Origin: a virus
Taxonomy: Duplodnaviria > Caudoviricetes
Virus record (IMG/VR): IMGVR_UViG_3300025101_003920
Span: 1-34,617 of that record
Strand: one strand, 5' to 3'
Length of the DNA stretch: 34,617 nucleotides
In this document: in pieces, positions 1 through 7,616 of the stretch
Layout of the letters: the number at the start of each line of letters is the position of its first letter
Position numbering within the stretch: position 1 is the stretch's first letter
Position numbers and translations under genes: made by a program
The notes under the pieces: model-generated
Database searches by the model: none
Seen by the model: only the letters and a program-made list of their open reading frames with translations
Told to the model about the DNA's origin: nothing

Positions 1-104
1 TCGCGCTGGCAAGGTAGTGTCAGTGACGACTCCCATACCGTGCCATGCACGTTCGCCGTTGCCGAGCCAGCCGGATGTGAAATTTGCGGGCATTGATTGT
101 TCAT
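1..104 (-). CDS. hypothetical protein, partial (runs off window)
   Basis: ATG at 104, MNNQCPQISHP..., open to position 1; lies directly downstream of the hairpin element at 112-144. Confidence 0.5.
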   Translation of the reverse strand, partial: MNNQCPQISHPAGSATANVHGTVWESSLTLPCQR

Positions 105-111
105 ATATAGA

Positions 112-144
112 GAACACCTTTGGTGAAAGGCGCTGGTAAGCGCC
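112..144 (-). promoter_or_regulatory. GAACAC-N11-hairpin element
   Basis: GAACAC 112-117, 11 nt, GGCGCT-GGTA-AGCGCC 129-144. Confidence 0.75.
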
Positions 145-234
145 ACACACTTTTTATCGAGTTGAACTACTTATGTCTTGTATTGTCTGCTACAAAAACA
201 TTTATCTGCAAAATATGTACACGATAAGTGAATT

Positions 235-474
235 TTACTCATTGTTGAATTCTTGTTTAATCTCTTTTTGCAATTTGTCAGCTTTACTTCCAGGCGGATA
301 TGAGCCATTAAGTAGTAACTGGCGTATCTGGGGATCTTCTCGTACGTTTTTGGCAAAGTCAGCAGCAATGAGTTCGTAACAATACTCACTAACGCTTATA
401 TCTTTTATTGCACAGAAGCTTTTTAATAGAGCATGGCATTCGCTAGCCATGTTGAAGTTGATTCGTTTTGCCAT
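235..474 (-). CDS. ribbon-helix-helix DNA-binding protein
   Basis: MAKRINFNMASECHALLKSFCAIKDISVSEYCYELI shows the alternating beta-strand followed by two helices typical of RHH; ATG at 474 chosen as start. Confidence 0.6.
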   Translation of the reverse strand: MAKRINFNMASECHALLKSFCAIKDISVSEYCYELIAADFAKNVREDPQIRQLLLNGSYPPGSKADKLQKEIKQEFNNE

Positions 475-605
475 TCCCCATTTTAAAAGCATAGGTATTT
501 TAACGGTCCATTTTTGCACAATGAGTATTTGAGTTTATGAGTAAATTATGTGTAGTTACGAAACGCTACTCATAGCAAGGGATTAAAGGCAAAAACTACT
601 TCCAA

Positions 606-715
606 GCTACACTGGCTACACAAGATCTCTTATATATACCTTTTTTAATACATCCTCTCTCTATATATCTATTTTTAAAATAACTATATAGGGAGATAGC
701 GTAGCAAGTGTAGTT
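606..715. repeat. AT-rich nested inverted repeats; imperfect direct copy at 9537-9575; origin-like
   Basis: 606-619 vs 701-714 inverted, 12/14; 657-667 vs 685-695 inverted, 10/11; AAAATAACTATATAGGGA identical at 677 and 9537. Confidence 0.6.
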
Positions 716-725
716 AAGCGTGGTT

Positions 726-1373
726 TCAATATGCGAATCGCAGTGAGTCTTTCATGTCGTTCATCATTTGAGCAACAGAGTTACCTTGAGAAGCTTTGTT
801 CTTATTACCTGTAATCGAAATTTCATTGCTTTGATTGATTGGAGCAACAATACTATTGTCTCCACCAGTTACATTTCCAGTAGATTGACTAGGAATAACT
901 TTTTCAATTACTTTATCTACATATTTATCTTTAAAGTCTTGAGCGACAGGATTGGTAGTAGGAGTAGAGGTATCTACTTCTTTTTCATCAGGTCCTTGAT
1001 AACGCTCGTCACGATCGTAGAAGTCAATTAGTTGCTTTACATTACTACCTTTGACGTTCTTAATACCTGCTTGTTTCGCGTAATAATCCCATTGTGAAGG
1101 CGGAATGCCAGCTTCAAAAAGCTCATCTTCAAATGAGCCTCCTCTTAACTTGTCCCTTTTCCGTGCAAAGTTCCTTTCACCGCCAGAAAAACCAGAGTAT
1201 TTATCACCTGTATACAAATAGCGCTGAAATGCTTCATCACGCTCTTTTTCATAGAAGAGCCCATCTTCAGTTTCTGTATGCTTGGGTATGAAATTATCGT
1301 TGAATTTCTTTCTCAAATAATCATAAGAAGTTGGCTTTCCACCAAAAGATGATCTTTTGTTATCCTTACCCAT
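726..1373 (-). CDS. hypothetical protein with N/Q/S-rich motif shared with 21708-22661
   Basis: 215-aa ORF containing STGNVTGGDNSIVAPINQSNEISITGNKNKASQGNS. Confidence 0.75.
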   Translation of the reverse strand: MGKDNKRSSFGGKPTSYDYLRKKFNDNFIPKHTETEDGLFYEKERDEAFQRYLYTGDKYSGFSGGERNFARKRDKLRGGSFEDELFEAGIPPSQWDYYAKQAGIKNVKGSNVKQLIDFYDRDERYQGPDEKEVDTSTPTTNPVAQDFKDKYVDKVIEKVIPSQSTGNVTGGDNSIVAPINQSNEISITGNKNKASQGNSVAQMMNDMKDSLRFAY

Positions 1374-1423
1374 GTCATCATTAAAAGCAATGTTTATATA
1401 ATAACGATTTTGGTAGGTTTGAG

Positions 1424-1714
1424 CTAAGGCTGTTTATTAGGCTGCTCGTAATAATGAAGCTTACGATGGCAGTTAGAGCACAAACAAATACACTTCTTAA
1501 TTTCAGCCAAGGTCGCTTCAAGAGTTGAATCTCTCTTGAGCCTATTAACGGTTGCAACCTTAGTAGATGGATCTACATGATGCCAATCCATATAGGCAAT
1601 ATCAAAAGCACCACAGTGCTCACAAGCTGTAAGGCGTTTATTTACTTCATCTTTAATGTGTTGACGACGTTTATCACGTGCTTGTTTACGTTTACAAGAA
1701 TCTTTGTACGGCAC
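1424..1714 (-). CDS. HNH endonuclease
   Basis: CEHC...DWHHVDP...CICLCSNCHRKLH zinc-finger/HNH pattern. Confidence 0.85.
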   Translation of the reverse strand: MPYKDSCKRKQARDKRRQHIKDEVNKRLTACEHCGAFDIAYMDWHHVDPSTKVATVNRLKRDSTLEATLAEIKKCICLCSNCHRKLHYYEQPNKQP

Positions 1715-1753
1715 ATATATATTTTGTCCAACACAATTAATTTATCTAATTAA

Positions 1754-1837
1754 TACCCAGAGCGAGACTTGAACTCGCACGACATAAATGTCAGCGGATT
1801 TTAAGTCCGATGCGTCTACCGATTCCGCCACCTGGGC
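1754..1837 (-). tRNA. tRNA-Leu(UAA), 84 nt, no intron, CCA not encoded
   Basis: GCCCAGGTGGCGGAATCGGTAGACGCATCGGACTTAAAATCCG...GTTCAAGTC...CTGGGTA; acceptor stem, D arm, long variable arm and T loop all present. Confidence 0.95.
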
Positions 1838-1848
1838 ATAAATGGGAA

Positions 1849-1951
1849 GAGGGGCCACATCTAGCAACCCCTCAATTACACAGACAGAAACGACAAAAAT
1901 GCCTGATACCCGATCGGGTAGGCGGTGCCGTCGTTCTTCTTCCCGCCTGTG
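1849..1951 (-). ncRNA. putative structured RNA (two hairpins) in the tRNA leader
   Basis: Long stems that pair via G-U on the minus strand; inner TACCC-GATC-GGGTA. Confidence 0.45.
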
Positions 1952-1962
1952 ACAAGCTTAGC

Positions 1963-2190
1963 TTAGTTGCCAGCTAAATGTGATTCAAGCGTTTGAATTG
2001 CATCACGCAAAGTAGCGCCAGCAAATCCAGATGCGCCTGAATAAAACTCAGTTGGCTCAGCATAAATATCCGTTTCAGGATTGAACGGAATACTTGGCCG
2101 TGCTTTGAGGCAATAACCCTCAGCACGTTGAAGCTTGATCAACATCTCTTCGACTGCAGGTCTAGAGATCAAAACCATTTGCGTGTCCAT
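1963..2190 (-). CDS. hypothetical protein
   Basis: 75-aa ORF downstream of the hairpin element at 2206-2238. Confidence 0.7.
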   Translation of the reverse strand: MDTQMVLISRPAVEEMLIKLQRAEGYCLKARPSIPFNPETDIYAEPTEFYSGASGFAGATLRDAIQTLESHLAGN

Positions 2191-2205
2191 AAAAAATAGT
2201 TGAAA

Positions 2206-2238
2206 GGACAGTATTAACTAGAGGCGCTAATTAGCGCC
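2206..2238 (-). promoter_or_regulatory. hairpin element
   Basis: GGACAG-N11-GGCGCT-AATT-AGCGCC. Confidence 0.65.
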
Positions 2239-2310
2239 CTCAAAGTTTATACAATCGAATAGTAGATGTTGATACTTATGCGAATTAAATAAACATAGGT
2301 ATGTGTATGA

Positions 2311-3141
2311 GTGTTTTACAAACGTCCTGGAGTATTAGACTTATTGGCTGCAAATAATTTAAAATTTAAAGCAGACGAATATGGTAACCCACTAATAAAT
2401 CAAAGCAGAAAAGCTGGCTTGCTTTCTGTTGAGACAGTTGAGCCAGATGCTTATACTCCACAAGCGCTGTATGACGCTTTAGATGGAGCAGAACGCGCTG
2501 AAAAGGAATATATGAAAACAGGTAAAAGAGTTTTGGCTACTGACAACTCGCCTAAAACTAGTGATTACGACTTGGCTAGATTAATTGCAACTTCATTGAC
2601 CAATGATTCATTGCGAATGCTAGCTGAAAGAGGTCTTCATGGAAGATATGCAGGAGATAGAGCGGCTATGGAAGCAGCTGCGCAAGATTTGTTATACAAA
2701 GGTAGTTATGGCCGTGATTTGTATACAAACACATACACTGGCAATATGCCAACACAGATGGGACATACCACTGCAAACAGCTTAGGTGGTACTGAATTGA
2801 GACCAGAACTGGCAGCAATTAACACTAGTTTGCAAGATAGTGAAGGGAAAGACCGGCTTGAAGCAATTCGAAGAAAAAGAGTACAACTTAATGCTATGAA
2901 GGCAATTCAGGACAATCCTGAGCTGCTTGATGATCCTGACGTTAAACGTCTCATTATGGGTGATAAAACTTTTGTAAATGATTTATTATCTAAAGCAACT
3001 AACTACGGTTTTGATGTTGCTAATAAATCTGCTGGAAGCATTACTACAGCCGATCAAGGCAAAGCCGTCAATATTTTTGCTGATAAAGTCGTTATGGAGA
3101 AAGCTATTAACGGCAATGGAAAGAACGGCAAGAGGCATTAG
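2311..3141 (+). CDS. hypothetical protein (late-type gene inside the early region)
   Basis: 276-aa ORF; TACAAT at 2250; RKAG and RYAG motifs. Confidence 0.75.
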   Translation: MFYKRPGVLDLLAANNLKFKADEYGNPLINQSRKAGLLSVETVEPDAYTPQALYDALDGAERAEKEYMKTGKRVLATDNSPKTSDYDLARLIATSLTNDSLRMLAERGLHGRYAGDRAAMEAAAQDLLYKGSYGRDLYTNTYTGNMPTQMGHTTANSLGGTELRPELAAINTSLQDSEGKDRLEAIRRKRVQLNAMKAIQDNPELLDDPDVKRLIMGDKTFVNDLLSKATNYGFDVANKSAGSITTADQGKAVNIFADKVVMEKAINGNGKNGKRH

Positions 3142-3386
3142 AGCTTGCCATCAACAATACCGTTGTGTGGTTTAGATGTCCAGCCATCGTATTCACCTTT
3201 CATTACTGGAATATGAATGTCGTCCGTAACTAAACGAACGCCTTCTTCAGTCATGCCAGTAACCATATGTGTACCATCAGTAAGAACTGATGTGTATAGT
3301 CCATATTTTGATTTAACGATTGTATAGCTCCAATCAGTTTTTGTCGAAACTGGCGATTGTGAAACAGTAGATTGTGAAGATGGCAT
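3138..3386 (-). CDS. hypothetical protein
   Basis: 82-aa ORF after the hairpin at 3439-3455. Confidence 0.65.
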   Translation of the reverse strand: MPSSQSTVSQSPVSTKTDWSYTIVKSKYGLYTSVLTDGTHMVTGMTEEGVRLVTDDIHIPVMKGEYDGWTSKPHNGIVDGKL

Positions 3387-3420
3387 AGATTGCTAGATAT
3401 ATAAAGATGTCCATGGTTTA

Positions 3421-3455
3421 GGAAAAAGAAAAAACCCAGCCGTGGAATACACGGC
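3421..3455 (-). terminator. variant hairpin with U-tract on the minus strand
   Basis: GCCGTG-GAATA-CACGGC preceded on + by an A-run; lies just after the SSB stop. Confidence 0.6.
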
Positions 3456-3466
3456 CAGGAGTTTAT

Positions 3467-3949
3467 TCAATAAAGAGCAGTCTCTTCCACCTGCTCTGCT
3501 TCGTCACTGTAGTCAGGTGTCTCATCGATGGCAGGTGTGCCAACTTGAGTAACAACTGAACCAGCGACAGCACGCACGTTGTTTTCAGCCTTAGGCATAG
3601 GTCCAAGGCCACCGTCCAGTACAGTCACTCCAATGAGGCTGATTTCGGGACGCTTGCGCATACGCACTTGGCCAGAATTGTCGGTGTAAACCTCACTGAC
3701 ATTCTTGATGTGACCAGTGATAGTCACCTGACGGCCTTTACCGAAGTAGCCCTTCTCATGAAGGCCCATGAGGCCGTTGTTGTTGTTGAAGGTATACACC
3801 AAATCAGCGCCGTCATTGGTAGCAGTGCTGATGAGGGACACAGCAAGGAACTGGCTCCCATCTTTCTGCGTAACGACTTCAGCGTTGAAGATACGTCCAG
3901 TGACGGTGAGTGCGTTGAACTGAGCGTAGCGTGTTTGAGTGTTGGTCAA
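3467..3949 (-). CDS. ssb: single-stranded DNA-binding protein
   Basis: N-terminal TVTGRI, KGRQVTITGHI, YTDNSG OB-fold motifs and acidic C-terminal tail (DETPDYSDEAEQVEETALY). Confidence 0.75.
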   Translation of the reverse strand: MTNTQTRYAQFNALTVTGRIFNAEVVTQKDGSQFLAVSLISTATNDGADLVYTFNNNNGLMGLHEKGYFGKGRQVTITGHIKNVSEVYTDNSGQVRMRKRPEISLIGVTVLDGGLGPMPKAENNVRAVAGSVVTQVGTPAIDETPDYSDEAEQVEETALY

Positions 3950-3966
3950 AGTGAATCTTTGATAAA

Positions 3967-4008
3967 GAACATGAAAAAAGAAAGCCGCTGTTAAGCGGCA
4001 AGGTGTTT
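3967..4008 (-). promoter_or_regulatory. hairpin element
   Basis: GAACAT-N11-GCCGCT-GTTA-AGCGGC-N3-GTGTTT. Confidence 0.75.
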
Positions 4009-4393
4009 AGTCGTGACCACCACAGGAAGCACACATAGGGTCATCAGGACCACATTCAATAGTCTGAAGAATGTTAATCATTGCTTGAAACTTACCAGCA
4101 TCTTTGAGCCAAGCTGCAGATGAGTCTTTATCTTCTAACTTGCAATCTTCAGCTACACGTTCGTGGAAGTGGATCATACGATCAATAATGTAAACCATCA
4201 TCAGCTTGTGAACAATCAAAGGATTGTTTGAGCTAGATGCTGCACGCTGTACCCAATGTTCAGCTTCATCAAATACATCATCAAAATGATCTTTAGTAAC
4301 AACTTTATCTGCAGCATCTGTTGGCGCATTTTTGAGGTGATCTTCAAGCGCTTCAGATGAAATGCTGTCAGGGATGTTGAATGATTGAGTCAT
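4007..4393 (-). CDS. hypothetical protein
   Basis: 128-aa ORF between two hairpin elements. Confidence 0.75.
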   Translation of the reverse strand: MTQSFNIPDSISSEALEDHLKNAPTDAADKVVTKDHFDDVFDEAEHWVQRAASSSNNPLIVHKLMMVYIIDRMIHFHERVAEDCKLEDKDSSAAWLKDAGKFQAMINILQTIECGPDDPMCASCGGHD

Positions 4394-4423
4394 ATAGTAC
4401 TCGAATTTACAAAAAGAATGAAA

Positions 4424-4439
4424 CCCGCTGTTAAGCGGG
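4424..4439 (-). promoter_or_regulatory. hairpin element (box degenerate)
   Basis: CCCGCT-GTTA-AGCGGG. Confidence 0.7.
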
Positions 4440-4452
4440 ATTGGTGGTTAAC

Positions 4453-4662
4453 TCAAGCGATATTGCAGCACATATGTGCGTGGCCTGCATCGGAGATGAA
4501 GTCACCGACACGGTCTGCGAACAGAGCCGTGGAACCATCGGAGAAGATGGTGAATTCGGTTTCATCTACGAGATAGCAGAACGCATCTTCGTTCTGAGGA
4601 ACCACCTGTGATACACCTGGAATGTTGCTTGCAACAATCTGGAAGTCATAGGTGATTGCCAT
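4453..4662 (-). CDS. hypothetical protein
   Basis: 69-aa ORF between hairpin elements. Confidence 0.7.
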   Translation of the reverse strand: MAITYDFQIVASNIPGVSQVVPQNEDAFCYLVDETEFTIFSDGSTALFADRVGDFISDAGHAHMCCNIA

Positions 4663-4678
4663 ACAGCATTCAGAAAAA

Positions 4679-4722
4679 GAACACTAAAAAAGAAAGGCGC
4701 AGTTAAGCGCCATTGTGTGTTC
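4679..4722 (-). promoter_or_regulatory. hairpin element with outer stem
   Basis: GAACAC-N11-GGCGCA-GTTA-AGCGCC-N5-GTGTTC. Confidence 0.75.
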
Positions 4723-4854
4723 TCAACCGATCACGGTTGTTCTGGCAGCTTTACGCAGGTAAAGCATATCCCTCATCATCTCTTTGGTTTGACGGAGATA
4801 CTCTTCCTGAGTGCGCTTTGCTGCACGGACTTGAAGGTCTGTCATAGTGATCAT
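4723..4854 (-). CDS. small hypothetical protein (43 aa)
   Basis: MITMTDLQVRAAKRTQEEYLRQTKEMMRDMLYLRKAARTTVIG; fills the interval between two elements. Confidence 0.6.
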   Translation of the reverse strand: MITMTDLQVRAAKRTQEEYLRQTKEMMRDMLYLRKAARTTVIG

Positions 4855-4859
4855 GTAAT

Positions 4860-4892
4860 GGACACGAAAAACTAAAGCCGCTGATTAGCGGC
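4860..4892 (-). promoter_or_regulatory. hairpin element
   Basis: GGACAC-N11-GCCGCT-GATT-AGCGGC. Confidence 0.75.
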
Positions 4893-5017
4893 TATTGCTC
4901 ATCAGAGCAAATGTCTGCGGCTTCTGTACTAGATAGAGGTGGTAGTAGGCATAGGCCTATAGATCTTGCATCTGCATTGAAGTAGAGAGCAAGGAAGAAA
5001 TAAAGAACTAGCTTCAT
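4892..5017 (-). CDS. small hydrophobic protein (41 aa)
   Basis: MKLVLYFFLALYFNADARSIGLC...; TGATG coupling to the upstream stop. Confidence 0.5.
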   Translation of the reverse strand: MKLVLYFFLALYFNADARSIGLCLLPPLSSTEAADICSDEQ

Positions 5018-5535
5018 CAAACCTTGACTACTACTTCTGGATGGGCATTCCAGTACTCACAGTTCTTGAGTACATGGATGCGTTTGATCCGTTGCAGGCG
5101 AGCGCCTTCTATGTTGTAGGGACTGTCATCAATGAGAGTACCCACCATCCGATAGTTTTTGCGGAGATACTTCAGCATGTGCTGCTTTGTATTACCGCTG
5201 TTATCGACGCCTGTAGATACAAGGATGACATCAAATGGAATGTCCCACTTGCGTAGCCAGTTGAATGATTCAGTGAGCCTGTCTGATGGTCTTGCCGTAC
5301 AGATGGCGATCGAATCACCCCATTGATGCATTATCCGTAGTAGATCCACGATGCGGTCATCAGGTGCAAATTCTCTGGATGCATCAAAGAATGCATCTTT
5401 GGACATACCACGGTTGTCAAAGCCATCAGGCTTTTGAGTGATAGTGTCGTCCAGATCAAATGCATGCACAATCCGCGACTTGTGCGGCTGTACACGCTGA
5501 ATACCGACAAAGTGGGATTGAGCTATACCTTTCAT
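5017..5535 (-). CDS. HAD-superfamily phosphatase (similar to the PNKP/pseT phosphatase domain)
   Basis: AFDLDDT (DxDxT), CTAR, K and IDDSPYN motifs I-IV. Confidence 0.8.
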   Translation of the reverse strand: MKGIAQSHFVGIQRVQPHKSRIVHAFDLDDTITQKPDGFDNRGMSKDAFFDASREFAPDDRIVDLLRIMHQWGDSIAICTARPSDRLTESFNWLRKWDIPFDVILVSTGVDNSGNTKQHMLKYLRKNYRMVGTLIDDSPYNIEGARLQRIKRIHVLKNCEYWNAHPEVVVKV

Positions 5536-5547
5536 GTAATCTAATAA

Positions 5548-5580
5548 GAGTACAAGAAAGTAAAGGCGCTGTTAAGCGCC
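5548..5580 (-). promoter_or_regulatory. hairpin element
   Basis: GAGTAC-N11-GGCGCT-GTTA-AGCGCC. Confidence 0.7.
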
Positions 5581-5586
5581 TATTGG

Positions 5587-5754
5587 TCATACGTCAGATA
5601 GATGTGCAAACATGAGTGCTTGAATTAGACGCAGTTCATTAATACGTAATGGTGCTTGATGCACATTAGTAGTGAATTGCGCTGTTTCGCGACAGATGAC
5701 ATCGTGAATAGCTTGAACTTGTGCTTTGTCTAAAGATAGCTTTAGATCTGCCAT
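5587..5754 (-). CDS. small hypothetical protein (55 aa)
   Basis: MADLKLSLDKAQVQAIHDVICRETAQFTTNVHQAPLRINELRLIQALMFAHLSDV, between elements. Confidence 0.6.
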   Translation of the reverse strand: MADLKLSLDKAQVQAIHDVICRETAQFTTNVHQAPLRINELRLIQALMFAHLSDV

Positions 5755-5789
5755 TGCTTGTTTCTATATATGGACCGTTTATTACTAAA

Positions 5790-5805
5790 GCCGCAGTTAT
5801 GCGGC
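5790..5805 (-). promoter_or_regulatory. hairpin element
   Basis: GCCGCA-GTTA-TGCGGC; the loop contains the upstream gene's TAA. Confidence 0.7.
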
Positions 5806-6045
5806 CTTAGGTTGTTCTACAGCTGGCTCAAGGTCTTTCTTGAGATCAGCTACGTGAGCCTCTAAGCGTTCGATGGAAGTCTTATGACTATCGATTAGCT
5901 TATTGAGCTCATCAATCTCTGATTGAGTTTGCTCTTGTTTATAGGCGGCCAACTGTGAGTCTGAAATGACGTATACAGATGGACGCTGATGTGTGATCCA
6001 AGGATCAAAGGGATTTTGCATGTTATATAGGCTTATAAAGCTCAT
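5797..6045 (-). CDS. hypothetical coiled-coil protein
   Basis: 82 aa with heptad pattern EIDELNKLIDSHKTSIERLEAHVADLKK. Confidence 0.7.
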   Translation of the reverse strand: MSFISLYNMQNPFDPWITHQRPSVYVISDSQLAAYKQEQTQSEIDELNKLIDSHKTSIERLEAHVADLKKDLEPAVEQPKAA

Positions 6046-6137
6046 TGCTCATTTATATATACCGACCCTATTAATTTACTGTCTAAGTATCTAATAGGGC
6101 TATCGGTATACACGGTAGTTGTTGTAGTAATAGCCGA

Positions 6138-6287
6138 TTATTCACACGCCTTCTTTAAGGCATTTAATTGAAAATCGTTCTCAATAAGCTCTAACTTACG
6201 CGCTTTCTTGAGGACCTTACGGGCCTCTTTGCGAGTAGTTGCTAATTGAGCCTTATTTAACAACTTGAGGTATTTACGTTCGGACAT
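6138..6287 (-). CDS. small basic protein (49 aa)
   Basis: MSERKYLKLLNKAQLATTRKEARKVLKKARKLELIENDFQLNALKKACE. Confidence 0.55.
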   Translation of the reverse strand: MSERKYLKLLNKAQLATTRKEARKVLKKARKLELIENDFQLNALKKACE

Positions 6288-6291
6288 AGTG

Positions 6292-6381
6292 TCACTTCAG
6301 TAATTGGACAAGTAGTACCCCAACTGAGGATAGGCCCCATAGGAGTAGGAAGAGGACATACGTCTTTACTAGCTCATTCAT
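6292..6381 (-). CDS. single-TM peptide (29 aa)
   Basis: MNELVKTYVLFLLLWGLSSVGVLLVQLLK; ATGA coupling to the upstream stop. Confidence 0.45.
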   Translation of the reverse strand: MNELVKTYVLFLLLWGLSSVGVLLVQLLK

Positions 6382-6569
6382 TTCACTTTTAAGCAACGTA
6401 CATAAATGTCTAATGCGTCCACAGTCTCAATCACTTTCTCTTCTACAGCCATAGACAGTGAGATGGCAATGTCATGGCACATGTCTTCGACAGTAAGATT
6501 ATAAGGTGATTGATATGGTGTAACTGTAATGGGTACAGCTAGTAACAACGGTAGTAATGTGTTCAACAT
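6378..6569 (-). CDS. hypothetical protein with signal-peptide-like N-terminus
   Basis: 63 aa, MLNTLLPLLLAVP; GAGGA upstream. Confidence 0.6.
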   Translation of the reverse strand: MLNTLLPLLLAVPITVTPYQSPYNLTVEDMCHDIAISLSMAVEEKVIETVDALDIYVRCLKVK

Positions 6570-6650
6570 AGTGTATTCCTCTCAATTCAATTTTACCTGT
6601 TCTTAACCTGCCATTATGGATACAATGTTGGTAAAGGTAAGGTATAGGTT

Positions 6651-7250
6651 ATGGAAAGACGTAAGGCCGGTGACTTCCTAACCGGATTACTTGATAAAGC
6701 TCGTGGAGTAGACGATGCTTACAGTAGCCGGGTTAGAGATATGTACACCCCTTTGCTTGATAAGGATGGTAAGGCTAAAGGCCTTAAAGGCACAGCCTTT
6801 GTCCTTGGATCAACCATCGGTGGTGGACAGCCGTCCTTACGGAAGATGGAAGGAGTAGAGCGCACTGAGGGTGCTGGCAAAGTTCAACAACGGATTGAGA
6901 ATGTTGTTGTACCAGCCATGGAATATGGCGTACCAGCAGCCAGTGCTGTATCTAAGTACGTCCTACCAGCGGCAGGTGTGACCCTTGCTGGTAAAGGACT
7001 AATGGATCTAGCCGCAAGCTTCGGTGGTCCAGCGGACCAACAGCAGCCTGGACAGATCTCATTAGGACAATCCGCAGGCGTTGCACTTGTTAGCGGTGGA
7101 TCAGTTGCATTGGGTATGGAAGTCTCGGAAGCATCACGTGACCCATTAACCCAAGCTTCGATCTCTCCGCGTAATCGTGCAGCCATTGCTATAGGCACAG
7201 GCTTAGGCGGCGGATTGGTGAATGCAGCAGGGCAAGCTGTGCTTCAGTGA
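6651..7250 (+). CDS. Gly-rich hypothetical protein (late-type)
   Basis: 199 aa; TACAAT at 6621; N-terminal RKAGDF; hydrophobic Gly-rich segments. Confidence 0.75.
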   Translation: MERRKAGDFLTGLLDKARGVDDAYSSRVRDMYTPLLDKDGKAKGLKGTAFVLGSTIGGGQPSLRKMEGVERTEGAGKVQQRIENVVVPAMEYGVPAASAVSKYVLPAAGVTLAGKGLMDLAASFGGPADQQQPGQISLGQSAGVALVSGGSVALGMEVSEASRDPLTQASISPRNRAAIAIGTGLGGGLVNAAGQAVLQ

Positions 7251-7271
7251 TATTAGAAAACGAAAAATAAA

Positions 7272-7287
7272 GCGCCCGATAGGGCGC
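7272..7287 (-). promoter_or_regulatory. hairpin element
   Basis: GCGCCC-GATA-GGGCGC with an A-rich 5' flank on +. Confidence 0.7.
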
Positions 7288-7294
7288 ATAGGCG

Positions 7295-7534
7295 TCAAGC
7301 AGCGACGGGCTCGGAAGCTTTTACAGCCTTGGCAGCTTTAGCTTCTTCAGCTTTGGTGTCGATGGCTTTGACAAGGGACTTGGCATAAGAGAAGGAACCA
7401 CCGACAACCATGCTGTCGATAGAGCCGTCTGCTTGTTCAATGCCAACATCGAAGATGTCATACTGGTCATCTTTAGTTTCAACGCGCTCAAAGAGACGAA
7501 CGTTGATGTCTTGACCAGGGACTTTGAAACGCAT
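7295..7534 (-). CDS. hypothetical protein
   Basis: MRFKVPGQDINVRLFERV..., 79 aa from ATG 7534. Confidence 0.7.
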   Translation of the reverse strand: MRFKVPGQDINVRLFERVETKDDQYDIFDVGIEQADGSIDSMVVGGSFSYAKSLVKAIDTKAEEAKAAKAVKASEPVAA

Positions 7535-7552
7535 AAGAGATAACGAATAAGT

Positions 7553-7616
7553 GAACAAGCCCTAATCGGGCAAAGAGCGAGAAAGGCGCTGATAAGCGCC
7601 CTATCGCAGGATGTTC
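7553..7616 (-). promoter_or_regulatory. hairpin element, branched variant
   Basis: GAACA...GCCC-TAATC-GGGC...GGCGCT-GATA-AGCGCC (7585-7600)...TGTTC. Confidence 0.7.

Noticed and set aside
681-696. True T7 promoter or vector contamination
   Set aside because: Only TATAGGGAGA matches; TAATACGACTCAC is absent and a diverged second copy exists at 9537
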